From assembly GCA_965214705.1 (NCBI GenBank), contig CBDCCI010000002.1:576001-640000 (forward strand): a DNA stretch of 64,000 nt, written 5' to 3'. The position numbers were made by a program, and so were the translations under genes. Positions within the stretch are counted from its first letter, which is position 1; every line of letters begins with the position of its first letter. Shown piece after piece: positions 1 to 10,962 of this stretch. A model generated the notes under the pieces. It was not told the DNA's origin. It saw only the letters and a list, made by a program, of their open reading frames with translations, and made no database searches. Source of the stretch: Alphaproteobacteria bacterium (GTDB taxonomy: Bacteria; Pseudomonadota; Alphaproteobacteria; UBA828).

Positions 1-701
1 AACCAGGGGTGCGAGACCTCTTCCTGCGCCAGGCGCCATATGCTGTCGGCAGGGACGGGGTTGTAGATGGTGCGAACGCGCTCGGCGTCCACCCCCAACG
101 ATCGCCGCACGGCCTCGCCCACGCCCCTGGACACCGCCACCACCGCGTCGGCCAGCGGATAGAGCGTCCGGGCAGCGGCCAGCCACTCCGGCGCATAGCT
201 GGCGGCGACGTTGTTGTGCACCGTGACCACCACCGGAACGGCCCGGTCCGTCAGCTCCGCGGCGCAGACCGCGGCGGCGTCGGCGCTCGCCAGCGCCGAC
301 ACCAGTACATCGGGACGCGCCTCGCAGAGGTAACGGCTCAGAATGTGGACGGAAGCATAGAGAGAGCGCTTGCGCCGAACCCGTACACCAGGGTGCTTCC
401 GGCCGAGAACCAGCCAGAGCCATGCGACCCTGACCGGGTTCACGCCAAGCGTCGTTACCTCTACGCCCGACCGTTGAATTTCGCGCAAGAAGGTCCTGTC
501 GGTGTGAGGAAGCCGCCCCCGATACAGCCGCACTCCACGCGGAATTGCGGCCTTGTAGTCTCCCGCGAAGCAGGGGATCACCAGGTCAACCCGGTGTCCG
601 CGCTCGATGAGCGATTGCGCCAAGCTCAGAATGATGCGCTGCGCACCGCCGCCGCCCAGGTTGGGCAGCACGAACCCGACATGGAGTCTGCCGTCGGCCA
701 A
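1..701 (-). CDS. Glycosyltransferase family 4 (GT-B), N-terminal part; runs off window start
   Basis: Hand translation from TTG at 701 gives LHVGFVLPNLGGGGAQRIILSLAQSLIERGHRVDLV...RPDVLVS...VVVTVHN...ADAVVAVSRGV...TIYNPV, typical GT4 N-terminal motifs. Absent from the ORF track because there is no stop in the window. Confidence 0.85.
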   Translation of the reverse strand, partial: MADGRLHVGFVLPNLGGGGAQRIILSLAQSLIERGHRVDLVIPCFAGDYKAAIPRGVRLYRGRLPHTDRTFLREIQRSGVEVTTLGVNPVRVAWLWLVLGRKHPGVRVRRKRSLYASVHILSRYLCEARPDVLVSALASADAAAVCAAELTDRAVPVVVTVHNNVAASYAPEWLAAARTLYPLADAVVAVSRGVGEAVRRSLGVDAERVRTIYNPVPADSIWRLAQEEVSHPW

Positions 702-3700
702 CGGTCACGCCTTCGCAGGGCGTCGGGCACCGGCGCCGCGCACCGCCCCTATCGCGACGCTCAACCCGGCGAGAAACATGAACGCTTCCTCGCCGAGCAG
801 ATGCGCGAAGGTCATGCAGTACAGAACGATGACGATGACCCAGGCCACGGTGGCATCCCGGGCAAGCGATTTCGGCGCTACCCATTGTGTGCGCAGAAGC
901 AAGACGATGGCGGACAGAAACAGAAGCAGAGGGACGATACCGGCCTCTCCCAGCAACATAATGAACAGATTGTGAGGGTCGGGCAGCGCGCCGCTCCATG
1001 TGACGGGGGCGCCCTTCAGGTATTTCAGCGCCCTCAGACCGTGACCGAAGACGGGCGCCTCCATGGCCTTCTCGAATCCCAGCCTCCAAAGCAGCGGTCT
1101 GTCCTTCGCCAGGGCGGCGCAGATGAAGCCGTCATCGATATCGTGGCTGCGCAGACCGTACAGCTCCCACGGCATGCAGTCCTGGAAATCGTTATCGGCG
1201 ACAGCCAGCGAGAGACGCTTGATACCGGCCAATTCGGGCGGGACGGAACCGGTGAGACGGTTGTCGGCCAGCCACAGTTGCCCGAGATTCGACAGATTGG
1301 CGATCTCCCGCGGGATGGGACCCATCAGGCGGTTGTCGCCAAGCGACAGCATGGTCAGACGGGTCAGGTTCCCCAGTTCCGGTGGAATGGGGCCGGTGAG
1401 TCGGTTGCCGTCGAGCCGCAGCAGATGGAGATGGGCCAGCTCGCCCAGCTCCGGGGGGATCCGCCCGGTCAGGTTCATGTCCCGCAAGTCCAGTGCGATG
1501 ATGCGATGCCCTCGACCGATGGTGACGCCCTGCCAGGACGCGACGGGGTGAGCGTAGCTCCAGTTCAGCGCCGCGTCGCCGGCCAAGGTGTCGCGCATGC
1601 GCATCAGACGCGCGCCGTCTTCGAAAAGGCCCGGTTTGGTCCAGGGCGAAGGATCGCAGAGCAGATCGGCGGAATCCAGATCGTTGTGCCGTACCTGCGC
1701 TGCTCGCGCCGTAGCCGGAAGGCAGTCGGCAAACGCGTTGCCGCCCAGACGGAGGACCGCAAGATGAGCCCACCGGTCGAGAGCCTCGCGGAGTGCTCCG
1801 TGCAAACGATTGTTCTCGAGCCGCAGCTCCTCCAGACGCGACAGGTTGCCAAGCTGCGGATGGACGTCGCCCGTCAAGATGTTGTTCTCCAGCGCGAGCA
1901 CCCGCAGACCGGTCAGTGTGGTCAGTCCCTGCGGGATGCCGCCAGTGAGTTCGTTGCCGCCAAGACGCAACGAAACGAGTGCCTGCAACGCGCTCAGTTC
2001 CGGCGGGATCTCGCCGGTCAGCGCGTTGTTTTCCAGTACCAGCGTCCGCAGCCCGGTCAGGGTGCCCAGTTCCGGAGGGATCGGTCCCGCAAGCCGGTTG
2101 TTGCCAAGACGCAGAACGGCAAGGGCGTCCAGAGCCGACAGCTCTGCGGGAATCCGCCCGTTCAGTCCCATGTGCGACAGAGCCAGGGCGACGACCCGCG
2201 GCCCTTCCGCGGCCTCGCCGGCGATGTTGGGCATCCCGACGGTGACACCCCGCCAATAGCCGATGGGGACCGCGTCGCTCCAGTTTAGTTGGACGTCGCC
2301 GGCCAGCACGTCCCGAGCGGCTAACAACGTGGCGCAGTCGTCATACAGGCGCGGCAGTGCTTCGAGGAGGGAGTGGCAGAGCAGGTTCCGGCCGAGAACC
2401 CGACCGCGACCCTGCGCCCGGAGTTCGCCAGCCGCATCGTCATCGTCCAGGCGCAACGCTGGCAGCGCGGCCACAGAGGGCGGTGCGGGGCCGCTCAGAC
2501 GGTTCCCGCTCAGCCACAGGTCGGTGAGCCTCGACAGCTTGCCCAGTTCCGGCGGCACGGAACCGGCCAGGAGGTTGCCGCTCAATGCCAGCATGCGCAG
2601 ACCGGCGAGGTTGCCGAGCTCGGGCGGGATGTCGCCGGCAAGCCGATTGCGGCCCAGGCGCAGGGAGGCGAGTCCGGCAAGCTGCCCCAACTCCGCGGGG
2701 ATGCGTCCGTTCAAACCCATTTGCGTCAGATCCAGCGCCGTCACGCGGCCGCGCGAGCGATCCACCGCGACACCCTGCCAGTCGTCGACCGGCACATCGC
2801 GGCGCCAGTTGAGCGGCGCATCCCCGGCGAGGCTGTCTCTCACCGTCAGCAAGAGGGTGCAATCGGCGAGCAGGCCCGGATCGATTTTCTTCGGCCGGCA
2901 GAAAACCGGCCCGTCGAGGTCATGGTCGGCAATCTCGTGGAGCGCCGGCGGGAAGGGGCGGTTCAGGTCGTTGCCGGCGAGGCGCAGGAAGAAGAGATTG
3001 CCCAGTCCTTCCAGTTCCGGCGGTACGGGGCCGGCGAGCCGGTTATGGCTCAGGTCCAGAGCGACGAGGCCGCCCAATTCGCCGAGTTCCGCGAACAGGC
3101 GCCCGTTCAGTCCCGCGCGCGGCAATGCCAGTGCGGTCACGCGCTTCGGCGAGCCGCCGACGGTGACGCCCTGCCAGAACTCGATGGGGATGTCCTCGCT
3201 CCAGTCAAGCGCCGCGCCGCCGGCCAGGATGTCCTTGTTCGCCAGCAGAAGGCCGCAGTCGGCTTGCAGATCGGAAGTGACGCTGGAGGAAGGTCGACAG
3301 AACAGGCGCCTTACCGCATCCGGACGATCTCGGTTCATGCGGCGGTCCGCCGCCTGCGCCGCCTCTGCATCGTCGAGCGACCGACGATGGCGCAGATCGT
3401 GGAGGTCCAGGTCGTGGCTCGCGATCCGGTAGAGACGCCGCGGATAGGGGCGTTCCAGATCGTTGCCGGAGAGACGTATCAAGGTCAGCTTCTCCAGCCC
3501 TTCGAGTTCCGGCGGCACGGGGCCGGTCAGGCGGTTGTGCTTCAGCCACAACTCCCTGAGATGCGACAGTTTCCCCAGTTCCGGCGGAATCGGGCCGCTC
3601 AAGGCGTTGAAGGAGAGCACCAGCCGCTCCAGGTCGGACAGCTCTCCCAGTTCGGGAGGCACCGGGCCGGTCAGCCGGTTGCGATTGAGATGCAGCGAAA

Positions 3701-3988
3701 CAAGCCGGTCCAGTCCGCCCAACGCTGGCGGGATGCGCCCGTTCAGACCTGACTTGGACAGGTCGAGCCTCGTCACCCGCTCCGGCGAGCCGCCGACGGT
3801 GACGCCCTGCCAGAACTCGATGGGGATGTCCTCGCTCCAGCCGAGCGGCGCATCGCCGGCGAGGATGTCCCTCGCCGCCAACAGGAGCGCGCAATCGGCG
3901 CGCAAACCGTAAGCGGTACGCAGACCCCATACCGGAATCTGGCTTGACTACGACGGGGATTTCTTGAGGAGCGCCGTGAGCGCGCGAG

Positions 3989-5731
3989 TCATTTTGCCTC
4001 GGGCTGGAAGTTCCACGGCAGAAGCTCCTGGATGCCCGACTGCGGGTGGCCCTTGGCGATCTTCTCGAGCGTGCTCCGCATCCAGGCGTAGGGCTCGACG
4101 CCGTTCATCTTGCAGGTCTCGATCAGCGAGGCGATGCGGGCCCAGGCTTGCGCACCCTCGTCGTTGCCGGCGAAGAGCGCGTTCTTGGCGGTGAGCTTCA
4201 GCGGCCGGATTCGGTTTTCCACCAGGTTCGAGTCGATCTCGACACGACCGTCGTGCAGGAACTCCAGCAGCCCGTCCCACTGGTTGGCGATATAGGTCAG
4301 CTTCTCGCCGAGACGCGAGCGCGGTGAGACGCGCGAGCGCTGCTCGTCGAGCCAGACACCGAAGGTGTTCACGATCGGCGCCGACTCCTCCCAACGGATC
4401 GCGCGGCGCTCCGCCGGCGGCTTGCCCCGGATCTTCTTCTCGATCGCATAGAGCTTCGCGATCCGATTCAGACCGGCCAGCGCGATCGGCGATGCGCTCG
4501 AGTCGTATACCTCTTTCAGCTTCCGTCTTACATGCGCCCAACAGAGGGCCCGCGTCACAGGGCCTTCCGCCCGGTCCGGCCGCGCCAGGATGTTGTGGCC
4601 CGAGTAGCCGTCGAGCTGCACCGTCCCCGAAAAGCCCTCCATAAGCTCGGCGCCATACTTGCCGCCGCGGCCGGGCGCATAGCGATAGACGACGCCCGGC
4701 GGGTCCGTGCCGCTCCAGTGGCGCTCGTCACGCACAAGGGTCCACATGTAGCCCGTCTTCGTCTTGCCCCGGCCCGGGTCGAGAACGCGGATCGTGGTCT
4801 CGTCCAGACCCAGGTGATCCGACTTCTTCAGCTCATCCTCCAGGCAAGCGACCACGGGGCGCAGGTGAAACGACGCCTGGCCCACCCACGTCGCCAGCGT
4901 CGCACGGTGAACCTCGATCCCCGAGCGCTCGTAGATCTGCGACTGGCGATAGAGCGGGCAATGATCGCCGTACTTCGCGATCAGCACCTGCGCCAGAAGA
5001 GCCTCGGTGGGAAGGCCGCCCTCGACCAGAGCGGCCGGCGCCGGCGACTGCACCACCCCGCCCCCCTTGCACTTGTTGCAGGCGTAGCGGGGGCGCACGG
5101 TCTCGATGACGGTGAACTTCGCCGGCTCATAGTCCAGCCGCTCGCTGCGGTCCTCGCCGATCTTCGTCATCTCGCCGCAGCCGCAGGGGCACATGATCGT
5201 GTCCGGCTCGATCACCTCCTCGCGCCGGTCGACCTGGGGCCCGAAGCGCACCCCGCTGCGCGACCCCCGGGAAGAGCGCCGCCGGCGCTTGCCGCCAGCC
5301 CCCTCGTCCTGCTCCTGGTCATCTGCCTCGGGCCGACCGCCGGCTTCAGCGATCGCCGCCCAAAACTCCTCGAACGTAAGCTGGCGCTCGTCCTCGCCGA
5401 GCTTCTCGGAGCGCGGACCGAACAGCGCCTTCCTGAGCTCCTTGTTGAGATGCTCAAGCCGGCTGATCTGCTCCGCGCTCTGCGCGTTCTCGGCCTCCAG
5501 CCGTGCCGCCCGCGCTTCCGCCGTCTGCCTCGCCGCCTCCGCCGCGCCGCGTGCCTGCTCCGCTTCGCATAGGGCTGCTTCCGTCGCCCGGCGCGCCGCG
5601 CGCTCGTCGTCAAGCTCCGCATGCAGGGCCGCCAGCGCCGCCGAAACCACCGCAGGCGACGGCGAACCGGCGCTGCTGAGGGGTGAGGGCGTGACCTTCG
5701 GCATGGGCCACCCCTTAATCCGATTCGCCAA
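3989..5731 (-). CDS. tnpC: IS66 transposase TnpC
   Basis: Coiled coil, LFGPRSEK, CPCGCG zinc finger, DETT, LCWAHVRRK, DSNLVENRIRP, ELLPW. Confidence 0.95.
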   Translation of the reverse strand: MANRIKGWPMPKVTPSPLSSAGSPSPAVVSAALAALHAELDDERAARRATEAALCEAEQARGAAEAARQTAEARAARLEAENAQSAEQISRLEHLNKELRKALFGPRSEKLGEDERQLTFEEFWAAIAEAGGRPEADDQEQDEGAGGKRRRRSSRGSRSGVRFGPQVDRREEVIEPDTIMCPCGCGEMTKIGEDRSERLDYEPAKFTVIETVRPRYACNKCKGGGVVQSPAPAALVEGGLPTEALLAQVLIAKYGDHCPLYRQSQIYERSGIEVHRATLATWVGQASFHLRPVVACLEDELKKSDHLGLDETTIRVLDPGRGKTKTGYMWTLVRDERHWSGTDPPGVVYRYAPGRGGKYGAELMEGFSGTVQLDGYSGHNILARPDRAEGPVTRALCWAHVRRKLKEVYDSSASPIALAGLNRIAKLYAIEKKIRGKPPAERRAIRWEESAPIVNTFGVWLDEQRSRVSPRSRLGEKLTYIANQWDGLLEFLHDGRVEIDSNLVENRIRPLKLTAKNALFAGNDEGAQAWARIASLIETCKMNGVEPYAWMRSTLEKIAKGHPQSGIQELLPWNFQPEAK

Positions 5732-5797
5732 TGCATGACCAGGGAAAAGTGCAGGCGGGACCGCGACCGAAATCTGCGGCCCCGCCTGCGTGCCGCC

Positions 5798-6148
5798 TCA
5801 CTCCGCCGCCAGCGGGCGGCGAACCGGGCGGGCCTTCACCCGGCGCCAGTCCAGACCCTCGAAGAGGGCCTCGAACTGGCCCTTCGTAAGGCGCATCACA
5901 CCATCCTCGATCCGAGGCCAGGCGAAGCGGCCCTGCTCCAGACGCTTGTAGGTCATCACCAGACCGCTGCCGTCCCACGCAAGGAGCTTGAGCCTGTCGC
6001 CGCGGCGCGAGCGGAAGATCACGATCACCCCGGAATAGATATCGAGGTCCAGCTCCCCCGCCGCCGTCGCCGCAAGCGCGTCGTGGCCGCGACGAAAATC
6101 AACCGGCCGCGTCGCCAACACGATGCGAAGCGAGGGGGCCGCGATCAT
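5798..6148 (-). CDS. tnpB: IS66 accessory protein TnpB
   Basis: PVDFRRGHDAL...DRLKLLAWDGSG...YKRLEQGRFAWP. Confidence 0.95.
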   Translation of the reverse strand: MIAAPSLRIVLATRPVDFRRGHDALAATAAGELDLDIYSGVIVIFRSRRGDRLKLLAWDGSGLVMTYKRLEQGRFAWPRIEDGVMRLTKGQFEALFEGLDWRRVKARPVRRPLAAE

Positions 6149-6600
6149 GACGACGCCCGGCCCAGGCCCGAGGCCACCGCAACAATCCGATCGACCGCGC
6201 TCTCCACCGGAAGGCGAACGACCACGCCTAGCGCCTCGATCGCCACCGTCCGCTCGGACGTCACGCTATCAACCACCACGGGAACAAATGGCGGTGCAGA
6301 GCCACCAATCCGAGCGCCCGGAAGAGTTCCCTCCCGCGCGCGCCGCCGCCACTTGGTCAGGGTCGTATCGCTGACGCCATGGCGGCGCGCGACCGCCGCA
6401 ACCGAAGAGCCCGGCTCAAAGCTCTCCGAGACAATCCGCGCCTTCTCATCGTCCGGCCAGCGTCGCATGGGGGCCGGCTCAGACGGAGCCGGGGCGGCTC
6501 CCTCAGAAGCTGGGATCTCAACCGAAGCAACAGCGACACCGTCGCCAGATGCCAAAATCGAATCTGTCATCGCGATCTCTCCTGTGTGGCTCGTGGTCAA
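6145..6600 (-). CDS. tnpA: IS66 TnpA (HTH)
   Basis: RRWPDDEKARIVSES..SVAAVARRHGVS..LTKWRR; start uncertain. Confidence 0.85.
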   Translation of the reverse strand: MTTSHTGEIAMTDSILASGDGVAVASVEIPASEGAAPAPSEPAPMRRWPDDEKARIVSESFEPGSSVAAVARRHGVSDTTLTKWRRRAREGTLPGARIGGSAPPFVPVVVDSVTSERTVAIEALGVVVRLPVESAVDRIVAVASGLGRASS

Positions 6601-6989
6601 GGCGGAGAGTCAGCCCCGAAATCAGATCCGCTGGAAGTATGGGGGCCCGATACCGCTTACCGCAAACCGGGATTGTCGGCGGGAGCGGCGGGGCAGGGCG
6701 CGTCCCTGCCGGCGACCGCGCGCAGCTCGGGAGGGAGGAAACCGGTCAGGCGGTTGCCGCTCAGCCAGAGCTTCCTGAGGCTCGACAGCTTCGCCAGTTC
6801 CGCAGGGACGGGGCCGGTCAGGGCATTGTTGGCAAGCCCGAGCCTTTCCAGGTCGGTCAGTTTCCCCAGCTCGGGTGGAATGGCGCCGGTCAGCGCATTG
6901 CTGTCGAGCACCAGGGACCGCAAGCCGGCGAGATGCCCAAATGCCGCGGGTACGCGCCCCCTCAGCCCCGTTCGGGGCAGCTCCAGCGC

Positions 6990-8130
6990 AATGACACGAC
7001 CTTCCGGACCGCCCACGGTCACACCTTGCCATAAGCCGATAGGGACCGCCGCGTGCCAGTCGAGCGGCGCGCCGCCGGCCAGCGTGTCCTTCGCCGCCAG
7101 CAGCGTCGTGCAGTCCTCGAACAACGCGGGGCTGGTTCGCGGCGGCGGCAGGCAGAGCACGAGGCGGCCGAGATCGTGGTCAGGGACATCGAACAGCGCC
7201 GGCGGAACAGGGCCGGTCAGGCGGTTCTCTCTCAACCACAAGGCCCTGAGCCGGGGGAGTCGTGCCAGTTCCGCAGGGACGGTGCCAGTCAGGGCGTTGC
7301 GATCCAGGCTCAAGTCGCGCAGGTGGACGAGTTGTCCCAACTCCGGCGGAATCGAACCGGTGAGCCGATTGGCGGCCAAGTTCAACGAGACGAGGCCGTC
7401 CAGCCTGCCGAGGCTCGGGGGAATGCGTCCGTTCAGCCCTTTCCCGTACAGATCCAGCGCGATGACACGACCTTCCGGACCGCCCACGGTCACGCCTTGC
7501 CATAAGCCGATGGGGACCGCCGCGTGCCAGTCGAGCGGGGCGCCGCCGGCCAGCGTGTCCTTCGCCGCCAGCAGCCGCGTGCAGTCGCCGAACAACGCGG
7601 GGCTGGTTCGTGGTGGCGGCAGGCAGAGCACGAAGCGGCCGAGATCGTGGTCAGGGACATCGAACAGCGCCGGCGGAACAGGGCCGGTCAGGCGGTTCTC
7701 TCTCAACCACAAGGCCCTGAGCCGGGGGAGTCGTGCCAGTTCCGCAGGGACGGTGCCGGTCAGGGCGTTGCGATCCAGGGCCAAGACGCGCAGGTCGACG
7801 AGTTGTCCCAACTCCGGCGGAATCGAACCGGTGAGCCGATTGGCGGCCAGGTTCAACGAGACGAGGCCGTCCAGCCTGCCGAGTTTCGGGGGAATGCGTC
7901 CGTTCAGCCCTCTCCCGTACAGATCCAGCGCGATGACACGACCTTCCGGACCGCCCACGGTCACGCCTTGCCACAAGCCGATGGGGACCGCCGCGTGCCA
8001 ATCGAGCGGCGCGTCACCGGCCAGCGTGTCCTTCGCCGCCAGCAGCGTCGTGCAGTCCTCGAACAACGCGGGGCTGGTTCGAGGCGGCGGCAGGCAGAGC
8101 ACGAAGCGGCCGAGATCGTGGTCGGCGACG
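6990..8130 (-). repeat. 471-bp (157-aa) near-identical tandem units within the LRR gene (~2.4 copies)
   Basis: GCAGAGCAC anchor recurs at 7152, 7623 and 8094 (period 471); protein unit DCTxLLAAKDTLAG...DHDLGRxVLCLPPPRTSPALF. Confidence 0.9.
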
Positions 8131-8350
8131 GTATTGATTTCGGGAGGAATGGAGTCGAAGTCGTTGCCCCAGAGACGCAGGACGGACAGCCGGAGCTCTC
8201 CGATAGCGGCCGGGACAGGGCCGGTCAAGCGGTTGCCTTGCAACCACAACGGGCTCGAGGTTCTTGAGCTGTAAGCGGTACGCAGACCCCATACCGGAAT
8301 CTGGCTTGACTACGACGGGGATTTCTTGAGGAGCGCCGTGAGCGCGCGAG

Positions 8351-10093
8351 TCATTTTGCCTCGGGCTGGAAGTTCCACGGCAGAAGCTCCTGGATGCCCG
8401 ACTGCGGGTGGCCCTTGGCGATCTTCTCGAGCGTGCTCCGCATCCAGGCGTAGGGCTCGACGCCGTTCATCTTGCAGGTCTCGATCAGCGAGGCGATGCG
8501 GGCCCAGGCTTGCGCACCCTCGTCGTTGCCGGCGAAGAGCGCGTTCTTGGCGGTGAGCTTCAGCGGCCGGATTCGGTTTTCCACCAGGTTCGAGTCGATC
8601 TCGACACGACCGTCGTGCAGGAACTCCAGCAGCCCGTCCCACTGGTTGGCGATATAGGTCAGCTTCTCGCCGAGACGCGAGCGCGGTGAGACGCGCGAGC
8701 GCTGCTCGTCGAGCCAGACACCGAAGGTGTTCACGATCGGCGCCGACTCCTCCCAACGGATCGCGCGGCGCTCCGCCGGCGGCTTGCCCCGGATCTTCTT
8801 CTCGATCGCATAGAGCTTCGCGATCCGATTCAGACCGGCCAGCGCGATCGGCGATGCGCTCGAGTCGTATACCTCTTTCAGCTTCCGTCTTACATGCGCC
8901 CAACAGAGGGCCCGCGTCACAGGGCCTTCCGCCCGGTCCGGCCGCGCCAGGATGTTGTGGCCCGAGTAGCCGTCGAGCTGCACCGTCCCCGAAAAGCCCT
9001 CCATAAGCTCGGCGCCATACTTGCCGCCGCGGCCGGGCGCATAGCGATAGACGACGCCCGGCGGGTCCGTGCCGCTCCAGTGGCGCTCGTCACGCACAAG
9101 GGTCCACATGTAGCCCGTCTTCGTCTTGCCCCGGCCCGGGTCGAGAACGCGGATCGTGGTCTCGTCCAGACCCAGGTGATCCGACTTCTTCAGCTCATCC
9201 TCCAGGCAAGCGACCACGGGGCGCAGGTGAAACGACGCCTGGCCCACCCACGTCGCCAGCGTCGCACGGTGAACCTCGATCCCCGAGCGCTCGTAGATCT
9301 GCGACTGGCGATAGAGCGGGCAATGATCGCCGTACTTCGCGATCAGCACCTGCGCCAGAAGAGCCTCGGTGGGAAGGCCGCCCTCGACCAGAGCGGCCGG
9401 CGCCGGCGACTGCACCACCCCGCCCCCCTTGCACTTGTTGCAGGCGTAGCGGGGGCGCACGGTCTCGATGACGGTGAACTTCGCCGGCTCATAGTCCAGC
9501 CGCTCGCTGCGGTCCTCGCCGATCTTCGTCATCTCGCCGCAGCCGCAGGGGCACATGATCGTGTCCGGCTCGATCACCTCCTCGCGCCGGTCGACCTGGG
9601 GCCCGAAGCGCACCCCGCTGCGCGACCCCCGGGAAGAGCGCCGCCGGCGCTTGCCGCCAGCCCCCTCGTCCTGCTCCTGGTCATCTGCCTCGGGCCGACC
9701 GCCGGCTTCAGCGATCGCCGCCCAAAACTCCTCGAACGTAAGCTGGCGCTCGTCCTCGCCGAGCTTCTCGGAGCGCGGACCGAACAGCGCCTTCCTGAGC
9801 TCCTTGTTGAGATGCTCAAGCCGGCTGATCTGCTCCGCGCTCTGCGCGTTCTCGGCCTCCAGCCGTGCCGCCCGCGCTTCCGCCGTCTGCCTCGCCGCCT
9901 CCGCCGCGCCGCGTGCCTGCTCCGCTTCGCATAGGGCTGCTTCCGTCGCCCGGCGCGCCGCGCGCTCGTCGTCAAGCTCCGCATGCAGGGCCGCCAGCGC
10001 CGCCGAAACCACCGCAGGCGACGGCGAACCGGCGCTGCTGAGGGGTGAGGGCGTGACCTTCGGCATGGGCCACCCCTTAATCCGATTCGCCAA
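8351..10093 (-). CDS. tnpC: IS66 transposase TnpC
   Basis: Identical protein to 3989..5731. Confidence 0.95.
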   Translation of the reverse strand: MANRIKGWPMPKVTPSPLSSAGSPSPAVVSAALAALHAELDDERAARRATEAALCEAEQARGAAEAARQTAEARAARLEAENAQSAEQISRLEHLNKELRKALFGPRSEKLGEDERQLTFEEFWAAIAEAGGRPEADDQEQDEGAGGKRRRRSSRGSRSGVRFGPQVDRREEVIEPDTIMCPCGCGEMTKIGEDRSERLDYEPAKFTVIETVRPRYACNKCKGGGVVQSPAPAALVEGGLPTEALLAQVLIAKYGDHCPLYRQSQIYERSGIEVHRATLATWVGQASFHLRPVVACLEDELKKSDHLGLDETTIRVLDPGRGKTKTGYMWTLVRDERHWSGTDPPGVVYRYAPGRGGKYGAELMEGFSGTVQLDGYSGHNILARPDRAEGPVTRALCWAHVRRKLKEVYDSSASPIALAGLNRIAKLYAIEKKIRGKPPAERRAIRWEESAPIVNTFGVWLDEQRSRVSPRSRLGEKLTYIANQWDGLLEFLHDGRVEIDSNLVENRIRPLKLTAKNALFAGNDEGAQAWARIASLIETCKMNGVEPYAWMRSTLEKIAKGHPQSGIQELLPWNFQPEAK

Positions 10094-10159
10094 TGCATGA
10101 CCAGGGAAAAGTGCAGGCGGGACCGCGACCGAAATCTGCGGCCCCGCCTGCGTGCCGCC

Positions 10160-10510
10160 TCACTCCGCCGCCAGCGGGCGGCGAACCGGGCGGGCCTTCA
10201 CCCGGCGCCAGTCCAGACCCTCGAAGAGGGCCTCGAACTGGCCCTTCGTAAGGCGCATCACACCATCCTCGATCCGAGGCCAGGCGAAGCGGCCCTGCTC
10301 CAGACGCTTGTAGGTCATCACCAGACCGCTGCCGTCCCACGCAAGGAGCTTGAGCCTGTCGCCGCGGCGCGAGCGGAAGATCACGATCACCCCGGAATAG
10401 ATATCGAGGTCCAGCTCCCCCGCCGCCGTCGCCGCAAGCGCGTCGTGGCCGCGACGAAAATCAACCGGCCGCGTCGCCAACACGATGCGAAGCGAGGGGG
10501 CCGCGATCAT
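10160..10510 (-). CDS. tnpB: IS66 accessory protein TnpB
   Basis: Identical to 5798..6148. Confidence 0.95.
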   Translation of the reverse strand: MIAAPSLRIVLATRPVDFRRGHDALAATAAGELDLDIYSGVIVIFRSRRGDRLKLLAWDGSGLVMTYKRLEQGRFAWPRIEDGVMRLTKGQFEALFEGLDWRRVKARPVRRPLAAE

Positions 10511-10962
10511 GACGACGCCCGGCCCAGGCCCGAGGCCACCGCAACAATCCGATCGACCGCGCTCTCCACCGGAAGGCGAACGACCACGCCTAGCGCCTCG
10601 ATCGCCACCGTCCGCTCGGACGTCACGCTATCAACCACCACGGGAACAAATGGCGGTGCAGAGCCACCAATCCGAGCGCCCGGAAGAGTTCCCTCCCGCG
10701 CGCGCCGCCGCCACTTGGTCAGGGTCGTATCGCTGACGCCATGGCGGCGCGCGACCGCCGCAACCGAAGAGCCCGGCTCAAAGCTCTCCGAGACAATCCG
10801 CGCCTTCTCATCGTCCGGCCAGCGTCGCATGGGGGCCGGCTCAGACGGAGCCGGGGCGGCTCCCTCAGAAGCTGGGATCTCAACCGAAGCAACAGCGACA
10901 CCGTCGCCAGATGCCAAAATCGAATCTGTCATCGCGATCTCTCCTGTGTGGCTCGTGGTCAA
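10507..10962 (-). CDS. tnpA: IS66 TnpA (HTH)
   Basis: Identical to 6145..6600. Confidence 0.85.
   Translation of the reverse strand: MTTSHTGEIAMTDSILASGDGVAVASVEIPASEGAAPAPSEPAPMRRWPDDEKARIVSESFEPGSSVAAVARRHGVSDTTLTKWRRRAREGTLPGARIGGSAPPFVPVVVDSVTSERTVAIEALGVVVRLPVESAVDRIVAVASGLGRASS

Larger units (their letters stand above)
3909..6660 (-). mobile_element. IS66-family element, copy 1 (2752 bp)
   Basis: Ends GTAAGCGGTA...TACCGCTTAC; 8-bp TSD CGCAAACC at 3901-3908 and 6661-6668; tnpA-tnpB-tnpC. Confidence 0.97.

Noticed and set aside
9-3912. Long + strand ORFs (759, 389, 459 aa)
   Set aside because: Antisense shadows of the GC-rich LRR and GT genes; no motifs.
6990-8130. LRR repeats as DGR template/variable regions
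   Set aside because: In-frame coding duplications with no adenine-specific differences evident and no DGR-type RT.
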